In this document: piece after piece, positions 47,926 through 61,496 of the stretch | Numbering within the stretch: position 1 is the stretch's first letter | Layout of the letters: every line of letters starts with the position of its first letter | DNA from: Bispira polyomma | Lineage: Eukaryota | Length of the DNA: 64,000 nt | Assembly (NCBI GenBank): GCA_965649765.1 | Contig: OZ287752.1 | Location: 22,382,001 to 22,446,000, forward strand | Reading direction: 5' to 3' | Notes under the pieces: generated by a model | Database searches by the model: none | What the model was told of the DNA's origin: nothing | The model's input: only the letters and a program-made list of their open reading frames with translations | Translations under genes and position numbers: made by a program

Positions 47926-47978
47926 ATTCAACAAAGACTGTGAAAGAAGATGATAAAGGAAAGAGTGATCAAAAATAG
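47926..47978 (+). CDS. Module D terminal exon (NSTKTVKEDDKGKSDQK*)
   Basis: ctttttag acceptor, phase 1, TAG at 47976-47978, AATAAA near 48034. Confidence 0.6.
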
Positions 47979-48189
47979 GAAAACAGACTTTTGTATCCAG
48001 GAAGTCTTTGATGTTGTAGAAATTATTTATTTAAATAAACTCATTGATCCTAATTCATTTAATCATTTTTTTTTATATTAAAGTAATAGCCTGTGATATA
48101 TTTATTATATATCAGTGTCATATTATCTGTAAATTGTATTAAAATTTATAATCGGTGCATTTATCTAACTTTAAACTGTAATTACAAGG

Positions 48190-48350
48190 TGGTCTTCAAC
48201 CTTTATATTGACTGAGTGGCAGAGGACTCCCATTTTAAGTGATCAGCCAAGCTATTATGTACGTGCCAATACCCAGTAGCAATAGGCTGTGTTCGAACTA
48301 AGATCCTTGCATTCCTAAGCAGAGTGTCTAGCCTACTAGGCCATAGTGAC
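48190..48350 (-). mobile_element. tRNA-derived SINE, family 2-related
   Basis: Reverse complement begins gtcactatggcctagtagg...agttcgaacac and shares gatcacttaaaatgg with the other copies. Confidence 0.55.
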
Positions 48351-49640
48351 AGATAAATTAATATATGGATGTGTTAAAGTAGTAATGATACTCTGGCCAC
48401 TTTGGACAGTAACATCCCAGATACAACATGTAGCATTTTTTTTAATATGGTTATTATTTATTTTATAACCATATTTTTGGGGTTAGAGTTAGTGCTTAGT
48501 TCGATTATATCCAATTGTAAGGTGTTAAAAATGAAATGATAACCAGAATCCAATAATCATTCATTTTAAAATGTTAACTTCAAAAGATCAACCGATACCA
48601 GGGAGATAACTGTTGAGAGAATGCTTTCCTAACTAAGTACATTTATAATCTACAACGGAAGGAGTGTAACGTTAGAGCTCTCTTAATGGTAAAACTGCTC
48701 TTTAAATATTTTAAGTATGGATAAAAATTAGACAGGACTATTGTAAAACAACCTTTTATTGTAATCTATTTTCCTCATCAAATGATATGTAGGTGTTACT
48801 ATTACTAAAATTTATTAATATGTGTATGTAAATTTGTTGTAAATAGCTCTCATACAATAAATTATTCTATTCTTGTGATACTGCATGTTGTAAAAGTTTC
48901 AACTATTGGTCTCATGTGAGGTATTCATAAAATATTTCACTCAGTTCTTTTAATTACAGATTATAGCTGTGATTATATATGTGGGTTATATATGTTATAC
49001 ATAGGGTTATAGTGATATCTGAGGAAAATAAAGCCTGAGTCTACAAAATTTTTATAGCATCAAATATTTAATGTGTCAATGATCCTGATAAAATGACCAA
49101 CTGTGGTTTTAATTGTTGTATAGTCATGTATAATCCTGGTAATGCTTAATTATGATGTGATACACTTTTAACATGTTTTTTTTTTGTTAAATAAAATTCA
49201 ATACATATATTTTAAAATGCATATATTTCAAAATACACAAATTTGTTGAAAAACATAAACACACTTGATGTGACCAAAAAATAAAAATGACCAAATAAAC
49301 GTTATGAATTAGCACCATGCAAGGTAAAATGTATTGTTATGTCTTTTGATATATTTAGGCTGTATATTATATTCATCCAAGATGCATAATGCCATGTATA
49401 ATCTTAATATTTTACTTTTATATATTAGTATTGTTGTTATTTTATATTGTTATTTACTGCTGTGTCACTCAACATAATGATTTTAATAAACACTATCACT
49501 TTCTATTTGTGTTTATATTTTAAAGGAGCCAATGAGCCAACAGCCAATGAGTTTTACCTTTCTGCTGTAACCGGTATGCTGATAAATAACTTACAGTGAG
49601 ATTGTACAACTACAACTTGGTCAATTTTACCTTGAAATTT

Positions 49641-49845
49641 GGACATTGTGTCCTAGTAGGTACTACATTAGTTAAGGAATGCAATGTACTCGGGTTATAT
49701 TCCAGCTTGGGGTGACCATGTGCAGGCAGATACATAGTGATTTGATTCAATTGACCACTAAAATAGCAGTTGTCTGTCATTGGGTCCAATCCCAGGGACT
49801 GGCTTAAAGACATTTTGGGATACTGATAAATGTTAACCCTAAAGC
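49641..49845 (+). mobile_element. tRNA-derived SINE, family 2 (diverged)
   Basis: ccagcttggggtgaccatgtgcaggcagatacatagtg is shared with the 45269 and 52918 copies. Confidence 0.55.
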
Positions 49846-51647
49846 TTATGTGTTTAGATAAATGTTCAAATGTTTGCAACATCTGTATTTATATTATTAG
49901 TCAAGGAGGAAAACACATACTTAAAGTACAATTCAATACAGGACATGGGTTAGCTAATTACATGCCCATTCGGGCCTGATTTTTCACAGACAATTTTAAT
50001 CTAGACATTTCGAAGAAGAAATATAAATCTTGTTTGGTAATAAGGAAAAATAAATCCACATGAAGTAAAATACAATGATATAAGCAAAGTTTTAGTAAAT
50101 AGAAAAGCCCAGATTGAACAAATGTGACAAATTATTTAGATATATAACAGGGTAACGTGTATCATTATTACATTACCAGACATATTGATTGATATATTGG
50201 GATTGTTACAGGATCAGATAATTCTCTGTATACATTATAATGTGAATGACACTTGTCTTAACATTAAATAAACATTCACTTTTATTGATATTGTTTAAAA
50301 GGCCATATATTTTGTTTGAATTTCAAAATAAATACATTAGACAAGTTTGGCCATGGTGGTATAATATTTATTAAAATGCTGAACAATTACCCACAATATT
50401 GAGTCAGTTAACACACAAGTAGATCTAGGTAAATAAAATATCTACAATGGCTGAACAAACTTCTGCAATTATTTTTTTCTTTAAAAAACTCATTGGGTAA
50501 ACTTACAAAAATGAAGCCTCTCAGTAAAACACAACTTTACAAATCAATTGCCCCTGTACTGGCTAGATTAATTTCGTTCATAGCAACAAAAAAAGTATAC
50601 CTATTGACAATGACTCATAACACACAGGTAAAATAACATTACACAGGTACATTATTTTGGGAAACAACAGTTTGAACAGCAAGCATTCTAAAGTGGCTCT
50701 TCCTGGTGAATCAAACTGGTAAAACATATTACAGGAAGGGAACCCATGATATTTGGCAGAAGGCTAAAAAAATAAAAAATTTTTAGGTGAAGTTTCTAAA
50801 GCCACTTGTGGGAACAAACCTATGATGCACTTCTATCTATTTATATAACTCACTAAGGAAGTTCATTATATACACAGTTTTACCTGTGTCTCACATGAGA
50901 GTTAGTATTTACTGAATAAACCCCTCTACTCCTGAGATACTTCTCACAGCCGATTTTACATATTAAATGCGATGTGAACATGTAAAACAGAGAATTTTTT
51001 GTTACTGGGAGCCACTATTTTTTCTAAGTAGTCTACATAGTCTCTGTTATTGCCACTGTTGTTAAGGTTGTAGGTTTACAAATGAGTCAATACAGTGGAG
51101 AGGAGTAAACTGATAAAAGTGGACAACATTTTATTATTATTATTAATACTTACACATGTCATTGAGGAAGATTTTTTTATAACTCTGGTAAAATCCCTGT
51201 CAATATTAACAAGTCTAGAGAGAGTTGTAGAATTCCCCTGTAAAATGTTATATTTTAAATGGCGTCATCTAAACTGTTATGAGAATTATTTAGTTAAAAG
51301 CAAATCTGTATCAGAAGTAGCTAATATTATATCTAGTTCTAACATTTTAAACATAGGGTTACACACATTATATTGCAACATTTTTTTCCTGTATTTAATT
51401 AAAATTAATTAAATTACCAATTATTAATTTATGTAGTTATACTCATTAAATGCACATTTGTTTACTGTGTGGCAGGTACATATGATTACAGTTTATGTAT
51501 TTTTTTTTACTCAGTCATCAGACTGTTTTACAGTTACTAAATTTGAGCCTTTCCAAGGATACATTTCGGACTATCATAAATTATCATTTCAAATACCGAA
51601 ACCCATCTCAAATTCTGTTATGTGTTTGAATTTATACAAATACTAGA

Positions 51648-52511
51648 TCTAATAAGTATCAGTCAGCATACAAAAGTGGTTATTCTACTGAGACTGCACT
51701 ACTCTGCATCAAAAATGATGTTCATACATCTTTATCTTAAGGTATGCCTACTGCCTTAGTACTGCTGGATCTGTCAGCAGCCTTTGATACTATTGATCAC
51801 AAAGTTCTTCTTGAGTGCCTATCGTCTTGGTTTGCTATCAGTGGTACTACACTTAAGTGGTTCACAGCATAATTTGGTCCTATTTTGTTTTCCATGTACA
51901 CCACTCCACTCAGCAAGATTATTGCTGCATACAAAAACATACACTTTCACTTCTATGCTGATGATACCCAAATGTACATCCACCTTAAACCTGACTCTGC
52001 CCAGGCAGCTTTCACTTCCTAACAGAACTGCCTTGTCGATGTACAACACTGGATGGCAGCAAATAAACTCAAACTGAACCCTGAGAAGACTGAATTTATT
52101 TTGTTCAGCCCCAAGTTGCAACGGGAAAAATGCCCAGCTGTTTCCCACTTGATTTTCTTGGCAGCAGGCTTTTTCCAGCTGACAAAGTATGCAACCTGGG
52201 TGTGTTGTTTGACTCCGAATTCTCCTTCTCTAACCATGTTGCATCGGTGTGTAGATCATGTTTTGTTGGCCTCTGTGATTTCAGGCGGATTCGACGTTAT
52301 CTTTCCAAATCCACTGCAATTACTGTTGCCAATGCTTTGGTCAGCAGTAGGCTTGATTACTGCAACTTTCTGTTCCGTTCCTTATCTTGTAATGATCTCA
52401 GACGCCTGCAGAATATCAAACCCTCACTGGCATGTATTGTGACCAAAACGTTTAAATTCTCCCACATTACTCCTGTACTCAAGTCATTGCACTGGTTCCC
52501 AATAAAATATC
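51648..52511 (+). mobile_element. Fragment of the same L2-type LINE (RT C-terminal part), inverted relative to the main copy, with an internal deletion
   Basis: High similarity to the reverse complement of ~25199-26140; ~100 bp around GVPQGS missing near 51870; frameshifted. Confidence 0.9.
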
Positions 52512-52917
52512 ATAAAACAGCTGATTATAGATTTATAGAGATTTACCATTATCAAACTTTTGTAATATATAAGTTCTCACCTTTTGTCTGCCAAATAAGG
52601 ACTTCACATTAAACATGACACTAATTTAGGCGTGTTTGTGTTAACATGTTTAATGGTGAAATTTATATTTGAATTATTATAGCCTGATTTGTTTTATTCA
52701 TTTGGATTTAGTATCAATTATTAAAATATGGATGAACCACAAATATTTGGCCTTTGAGTGATTTATTTTTAATTTTCTGTTGTTAGGTGTTAAAAAGTTC
52801 ATTATAAGCCTAGGGTATATTTCCTTCTAACAACCAAACTTTGAAACATTAGAGATTATACCAGGAAAAACTAATGGGTTACTCTAATTTTTTTAAAAAT
52901 ATAAAATTTAAAAAGTA

Positions 52918-53095
52918 GCCACTGTAACTGTGGCCTGGTGAGTAACTCATTCGGTTTGATGCCAGTCTGGGGTGACCAGGTACAGTCAAAAACATGGTGC
53001 TTCAGATGATGACTTAAAATGGCGAGCTTTGGGTATTGGGTCCATACCCCAGTAGCATTTTTGGCATGCTACTAAATTATCATTCCCAAGCCTCA
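52918..53095 (+). mobile_element. tRNA-derived SINE, family 2 (diverged)
   Basis: tgtggcctggtgagtaac head; ggggtgaccagg and gacttaaaatggc core. Confidence 0.55.
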
Positions 53096-54256
53096 ATCTT
53101 CGGTTAAGTGATTGATGTTTTGGAATATGGTTAAAGATGAATTGGTCAAGTTTATTGTACTGTACACCACGATCCTATACCAAGTCTGCCGCCAACTCTA
53201 ACACAATTTTCTAACGGTTTATATATGGTTAAACACCAAGTGGCACTACATTATGTAAACCTAATGGTGTACGAGGGCCTATAATCTGTTTTAAAACCCA
53301 AATAAAACCACATTTTTGAATGAAAATTTAAATTAAATTAAGAATGCTTATTTAAATGTTTACTTTATAAAATGGTAAAAAAAACGCTCCACTACATTAT
53401 TTTGTAAAACTACATCATAAGGACATAAAACCCCTTTTTATCAAATAACCCACAAATGATATCATTATGCCCTGAAGATTTGGATTTTCCATTGAAACAT
53501 TTATGTTGTTTAAATATAATTTTACTTCGAACAATATGTTACTGACATCTGGCTTTTTATAAAATATTACTACAATGAACATGAATACAAAAAGTAAAAG
53601 TACATGGATTGCAAATACACAAAAAAGGAAAATTTAAAGATTTTCAAAGCTTCTGATAAAAAATTATGTTTAATGTAGTAGAAACCCTCGCCAAATGAGA
53701 GGGGTAAAATATAAAGACATTATATTGGCATAAAAAGATTAGACAAATATGTTCAATGAAAATAACCAACAAAAAACTCAGGTTTAAACTTTTGAGTGGA
53801 AGTCTGAACCGTGTAAAAATGACAAGGAAGGGATATAAAACTGAACATGAAATCAAACAAGCTGAATCAACAACATAAGACATAGACTGAAGTAGACATT
53901 ACCAAAAATATGGTCTAGTGAGACCCACATTTCTCTGTATACCTAAAGTTGTGTTTATAATATTTCCCAATGACATTTAATTCCCACTATTATATTATAG
54001 GTTTGTTTTACAATCACAAGATGATGTGCATAATACCTTGCTTTTTATAAGTGTTATATATGTTATATATAAAATATTTAGAAGAATTAATAACTTTAAT
54101 AAAACTAGTATGGGCTTTCATGACGCAATAACACTGGGATACTGTCCCATGGAAACTTAAAATAGACTTCTAAAGCACTTCTATTTTACCAACCAATTTG
54201 TAATTAAGTTGTAATATCTCAGTAGAGTTTAGTGTAATGTTATAATACATTAAAAA

Positions 54257-55545
54257 TGCCACTGCTAAGTATACACTATATTATGTAAGTCTGTCAAGCA
54301 CGATTTTGCCACCACTTTATTATATTTGGAGAGTAATTTGTAAAGAATGTTTACACTAAATTAAACACAATTACAGCTATTAAAAGATCACATCAGCAAA
54401 ATAAAATCGATTGGTGACTCACCTCAGAAAAATAATAAGGTCAATCAATGGAATATGAAGTGCCTTAATAATAAAGTAACTCAATAATATATGTTGAACA
54501 ATGATAGTGACATCTATGGTTGCAATTGAGAAACAAAATACAGTGACCTGAATAACATATTACAATATTTACAGATATATAAAGAATGACATATATATAT
54601 ATATATATATCAAAAGCATTTACTCCTTAAATATAACAAAGGGATAAACAAATTATTTTTTGACGGGTGACAAAATCCCACACAGAATGTCTGAATTTTT
54701 ATAGACTTTTATTGTGTTTGATTTAACAGTGCAAATATTGCTCTGTGAGAGGTAATTCATTATGGTGGTAAATCCATTATGTTATTACTCATTATATAAA
54801 GCCACTGTTAAGTATACACTGTATTTTGTAAGCCTGCCTAGAACCATCTTTTACCTACACTAAATTTAACACACAGTTAAAGCGACATAAAGATCACATC
54901 AGCTCAATAAAATTCAGGAGGTGATTCACCACTGACGACAAAAGTAGGTCAATCAATAGAATATATGAACGGATGTCTTTTAAACTAGAATGGTTTATAC
55001 TATTACAGTGTAACTGAAATATTTATAAGTCAAATGTGGATACCTATGAAGTATTAGTTCTCAATGACAAGATCAATATGGGTAATATGGGTAATAATTT
55101 CAAACATGATGAAAGTAATAGGCTTTTAGAATATTTTTGTATCAATTAATGTGTGTGATTTCTGGGGGGTCTCTTTCAAATGTATAATTGTTAATTATTA
55201 AAAATTGGTAACTTAATGTAAACATATGATTGTATTTAAATGTACTAAGAGTATGAATAACAATATAGAGATATATAAATAAGAAAACATATGAAACTTA
55301 ATAAAATATAAAAAGCCATAGTAGTGACATCTATGATTTAAATTGAAAACAAAATACAATGACCTAAATAACATCTTACATAACTCACAGATAAATATAT
55401 ATGTGCAAAAGTATTTGCTCTTCCAATATTTTCAATATAAGGAAGGGGTAAAAAAACTCTTGCCTCACAGGTTTACACAATCTCATAGAAAATGCCTGAA
55501 CTTTTTATCCCTTTCATTTCGTTTGATTTAACAATGTCAATATTT
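54257..55545 (+). repeat. Diverged ~490-bp tandem duplication, second copy carrying a ~300-bp insertion
   Basis: gccactg.taagtatacact (54258/54801), aagatcacatcagc (54384/54890), tagtgacatctatg (54505/55322). Confidence 0.7.
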
Positions 55546-58500
55546 ATCAGCCAAAGCAAAATCATTAAGAAAAGACGAGGAAGGTAAATTGCCATGAAAT
55601 TGTTGAAAACAAAAAATTAATATGAGTATATTTAATAATAGCCTTAGTCATGAAGTAAATATGATATCAAAAGTTTATGTAATTGGGGTTATATATATAG
55701 AGAGAGACGAGAATATTTTGCACAAGGAAGCCTTGATATATTTGAATATTTAATTTAGTACATTTTATTCCACGTAAATCTGTCTCTGTAAAAACCTCAG
55801 CCACCGGATGATACCTAAGAAATATAAATTGATCTCATATTACATTAAAAACACAAAGTAATTCATGTACTATTAATGTACTATTAAACATTTTCCAATT
55901 TCATGTTTAATTATCTCTTGAATGTTAACAGCAGATTTTAATTAGAATTACCTGCACATGATGTACATGTCCATAGTAACATAACTATGAACTATAAAAT
56001 CTGGGACAATAATTCAGTCATTTTTGTTTTTAAAGTAAATATAATAAAATTAAATGTGCTTGATGTATATTGTAATATACTATAACTATGAACTTAGAAT
56101 TAACTCATTATTTTTTGGTTATTTCTGATAACATTTACCAAATATTTAGCTGGTATAACTAAAATTATAGGATGCTTGTGTATAAAATTTAGGACACTAA
56201 TTCAGCCATTTTTGTTTCTCCACTTCACTAAACCAAGCCAGACACACATGAATTTAACACTCCACTTGTTCCCAATAGCGCTCTCATTTTTTTGCAGATA
56301 TTCTTTTTTCCAAAAAACAGACCCCCAAAAAGTGGACCCAGGTCTTGTTTCTGCAAAACAAGTTTATATTTAGCCATAAACCTCAGGTGATCTGATCAAT
56401 TTTTACACCAATTGTAGTCTAGTAGCTACCACTGGGGGAAGCCCCACGTCTGGGATTTGCGTCAACTGTGTTGAAACAATAGCACCATCTGTGGAGGAAA
56501 TAGCACATTATGACAAAATCGTTAGACTGTGATACCTGTGTAAATAAGAATATTAGATAAATATTACGCCTACATCAATATTATGGGTTTGTTAGTCTAT
56601 GCTCAAATACATGTACTCCAGTGTTCAGTAGATTTCAGTCAGTTAGTTATTATTATAGATGGGCAATTGGTACATTTGCAAATGGCACATGTTATCTCTT
56701 TTTACACTGAATGACCACACTGAATGACCACATGGAGTGTATTAATATCTTAATGAGTTTTTTGTCTCCATTTAAAACTCAAATTGATTTTGTTTCAAAC
56801 AACTTAAGAGACTGTTGCATAATGACAAAATTTGTATGTTGTGTTATATGACTGGTACCGTTGAAAACAAATCAATAGTTAGAAAATTATATTATTTTCT
56901 ATCCATTAAAAGTTACCAATAAATATGACTAGAAGGCAACTCAACAAAGCTGATACATGCGCAAAATGTGTCATATTGCTAACAAGTGAAGAAAAGTGCC
57001 TCCTAACTAGATCCCCTACATCATTTAGTGTATAATTTATTGGTCTAAAACCTATCCCCTCATCAAATTGGTAAGTATTATTTGTGTAAAGCTGGTGACA
57101 AATACACAAACAAATGAATAGACTTCACCAAGAAGTGAAACTCCTTCGCGTTAGAAAATATATAAAAATAATGTGGAACCTACATGACTAAGAAGTTGGC
57201 CATACAATGACTCCAGAGTCCGACATGTTTCTATCTGCCAGTCCCAAGATGTCAATAACTGATATGTTATGGTCATTATTACCATTTTGTAAGCCCTAGG
57301 TTGGCTATAACGTAACTTCAGAACAGTTTAAGAAAAAGGAACCAGAATAAGTTTCCAAAAATGAAATGACTAAGAACATACAATAATTACTTTAGACTAT
57401 TACCAGAACCTCACAATGAAGTTGTATTTATAAAAAAGGTATGTAGACGAATATATGTCAAATTACCATGATCATAAAGAGTCACTGAGACATAAATATA
57501 TACAGATATAGACAAAAAGAATGTCATCATTTTCCATAAATGAACACAATGCCCCAATGTGGTGAAATCATAATGAACTGTACATAACATGCAAGGGTAC
57601 ATTTGAATATGTCACGATAACATAGTGTCATAATGTCACCTTATAGGACATGTGTATACACAATTTAAGGGAGAAGTTTCCTCAGAGACACTAAAACACA
57701 AGTTTTATAATTTAACAAAATTGAGCTTTATTTTAAAAAAACTGGGTATAAAACATACATTTGTCAAAGTTCATTATTAAGACTAACATTATTAATTATA
57801 CATCGATGTGAAACTGTTACTTGTTTAGTTACTTTGACAATAACATCAATATTACCATTATCATACTTTGTACATCTTATGCCCAACTTAAGATACCAAT
57901 TATGTTTTACTGGTCAGATGCACTTCTTAACCATGTACTTTCTTACCTTTTGATTTTGGTATAATCTACTATTCTCTAGATTAAAATGTTATATTTATAG
58001 ATCTTTATTTAACAAAATTATTTACAATTTACTATTTTTACCAATTTGCACAAAAAAGATTATGCATCTAAATAAGACAATGCATTTAACAACTAATCTA
58101 ATATATTCTAGCCCTTCTAGGTGGTTCATATTGTAAAAACATGTTCCCACGGTGATCTTGTGTCTTTGTGTGTTCTATTGTCGCTCAAATTGACATCTAT
58201 TTCCGGAGAGGAGATATGGCCCACCGAATTTTTATGACTAAAAATTAAACATGACATTTGAAACTACTGGTGGTCAAATGTGAAATCAATCTTTATGGCA
58301 TTCATGTGTTTAACTGACCTATAAAGGCAGTATAAGTAAGATTAATGCCACATGTACGCAGCGAGACCGAGTTACTCTATCATGTTGCCGATGCTTTGAT
58401 TTTCTGGCAGTATGCACGGCGAAGGACAGAGCTCACTTGTATTTTTTTTTTGTTGTAAATCATGCACAGTATATTTCCACCCATGTTACAACAAATATAA

Positions 58501-59149
58501 ATAAATTGTTACCTACATTCAGTAACGTTTGTATATGTGCCGTTTACAAACGTTTACTGCCTATCTAAATGTTACACACTAACATAACAACTTTTGCATA
58601 AAATAAAGAAAACATAATTCTCCTGTCCTACCGCCATTTATTACCTCTGAGAAGTGTTTACTGGGTTTCCCTTTTCATTAATACTGTGTCAATGCATAGT
58701 TCATGCATATTGTATTAAAAAATAAATTGTAAAAATTTCTGTAAAAATTGAAAGGGATTACTGTTACTATACCATTATTTTCAAATATTATTGGAATATT
58801 GTATAGTATCAAAATTTCTGTAGAATGGCTGAATTGCTGATTTAGTGGCTAAACACTTTGACCATGTAAACGCCGAGTTTCTAGCTGTTACATTTTACTG
58901 TCAAAGAATAAGAGGCATAAATTCTGAACAAACTCTGCAGTAAAAAAAAGGATATATTTGTGTGCTTCCCCACATGTTTTACGAAAATCATATGCATGGT
59001 GCTGCTACCCCTTTTTAGATAAGGTAACTTAATTTAGTTTCAATTAACATAACAGGACATGTAAAGCAATAATGAAATACCTAATAATTGCATTTTAGGC
59101 CAAATATAATACTACAGATGCTGCACTCCTTTGAATACTTTCAAGAAGA

Positions 59150-61290
59150 TTTGCCATGGCTCATCACTCAGAGCAAAGAAATGGGAGAATTAATGGAACG
59201 GATGAAAAGTCTTTGAACATAACAATCCAAATGTTTAAACAGCCTGATAGTTCTTTACACATCCTGTAATTACCTTGTTTTTAAAGGGTCAATTAAAAAA
59301 ATGAGTATTATTGTGAATTTATTGTTGTTCTTCAATCTAGAAATGGCAAGTTTCTGTAATCATCTATGCCATTCAGTACTTTTATTACCTCTTCCTTAAA
59401 TGCACGAGGTTTCTGATGTGAGCAGAATTTTTCAAAGCATTGAAACCTGGAACCTTCCTTCCGGGAATCTGCTCAAAAACGTTCTTCTACAACAATTGTT
59501 GACGTTAGTGTTTTATGTCATTTTTTTAATACGGCGTACCCCTCTTCCTGACTGGTTTACAATGGTTAACAAAATGTCTGCCTCATCGAATTTGAAGAAG
59601 CTGTCTTCAAGCGCAACTAGCTGGCTATGTCTTTGAATTGTTGCTTCAGCAAGTTGACCACTGGATGCTTTAAAACTTTCTTAAACCAAAGAAAACAATT
59701 GTATAAATGGAATAAAGAAATCACATTTTCAGAAGATGATGGACATTTGCAATGCTATACATTATTAACAGTTACGTAAAATGAACCTTATTTAATTATG
59801 ACCTATATCTTTGTATTTTCTATTCAAGTGTTCCATGTGTAAATACTTTGAAATATTTTTTCTACTTCCATCATAAACATTAATGGTTCTGTTCCACATG
59901 AGCTGGTTAGACAGTCTTTCCAAACCACCACCAGAAGCAAAAATTAAATATTTATGGTGTAAATGTTCTTGTAAAAAACAAAGGTCAAATTTCCACTGCC
60001 TTTTGATACGTTGGCCATCATTCTCCTTTATAACATCATTTCTAATGAGATTATTGAGTCCCTTCCACATGAGTCGGCTAGTGTATTCTAATTGCCTGTC
60101 CTCAAGCTGTTCAACTGTTGTTGCATTACCATCACTTTCAATGATTATTCTGTGCTAGTTTTAACAAACATCCGAACAATAAAAATTCACCATCAGGGAT
60201 ATCTTCTTTCCTCAGACAAATCCATTCTATGTGAAACCATTTGCTTTTACACTCGGGATTTTCACAGATATTCATATGATTTCTTTCCTCCTTCGGTTTT
60301 CACATTTAGTATCTGTTTGACATTAATGTCGCTGTAAATAAAGATTTTCTGTTTCTATTCTGTTTTTTTGGGGGGCACAGATTGAGAACTGACTTCAAAA
60401 ATCATTTTTCTAGATAGTTTAAGCTGAATGCCTTGATGTATGCAGTTGTAGCGAAATGTAACAGATCAAGTGCATAATTGCAGCAGTTGCTGACATCTTC
60501 ACTCATCATTTCGTAGCCATACACCTGCTTCATATGGTATACAATCCTAAAGAATTCAGTGTCTTGCACCTGTACAATTTTCAGGTGCTAATCCTGAATG
60601 ATAGGCTCTAAATCTAGATAACCTTGGCCATCCATCCGCCCATTAGATCTTGCTATTTTGGCACATTTTCCCCTCTCACAGATTAATCCATCGCAATATA
60701 CAGTTGAAGTGGGAATATATTTATGATAGACATCCACGATGTCTATTATATCCGCAGTACGGGTTTTATCTTTTGCCATAACACTTAATGATACCTAAAA
60801 TACATTTAGCAATTATTTTTACACCACAACACAATTGTAATAATTCTGAGTACGGGTGTTTATACATGTGAATTTGATTTGGTTGAACATAGTGAAGTTC
60901 GAAACCCTAAAACATACCACAACAGATTTTTGCCTGATCTCAGTTTAAAATGGATGTTGGTATATGCCAACACACATCAACATCCTTAAACTGTTCCATT
61001 TCTGTAACCATGACACACTTTATGAGTGTTTGTACCTCGGTTTTCAGAAGAAATTTATCGGCTTCAGAAAGCAACACATTCTGTAACGGCAAAGGTCTAA
61101 CCACATCTTCTGGTGGGGAAGCAGCTGATAGATAGCTAGTTGGAATCCTTTCTTTTGTGGCATAACCTTGGACAATATTCAGTATTTGGCCATGCTACCC
61201 CCTTTTATAATGCCTTGTATTTGTTCTTTGATGGATATTGTCAAATGTTATGTCAAACAATCCCTGGCTAGTTTCAATCCCACTGACAAA
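59150..61290 (-). pseudogene. Large DNA-transposase relic, DUF6589/Academ-like
   Basis: FDITFDN (near 61245); YCDGLICERGKCAKIARSNG...LEPIIQD; DVIKENDGQRIKRQWK...HHKY...LSNQLMWNRTIN...NISKYLHMEHLNR. Family assignment is from motif recall only. Confidence 0.6.
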
Positions 61291-61496
61291 ATGTACAGCA
61301 CGACCACAGAGGGGTCAGCTAACGCAGTTCCCCATTAGGTTACATTACCACCTTAATCCCTAGGGGCAGATCTGACTGTAGGGCTTCAATCTGTCCCTTC
61401 CAATAACATTCTTTATATGATAGAACACATACAAAACGAGAGGGTCATGTACCATAAAGGACGGGGAAAGGACGGCCATCAAGTAAAATAGTTCAA

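Noticed and set aside
40700-56300. Numerous 60-125 aa ORFs in AT-rich DNA (e.g. 42542-42919, 51095-51412, 53644-53883)
   Set aside because: I/L/F/K/Y-biased composition typical of random AT-rich sequence, mostly non-ATG starts, and no splice or domain support.
56390-58450. Additional gene (ORFs 56906-57109, 57411-57602 and GC-richer patches)
   Set aside because: Stops in all frames and no recognisable motif; cannot be assigned without a homology search.
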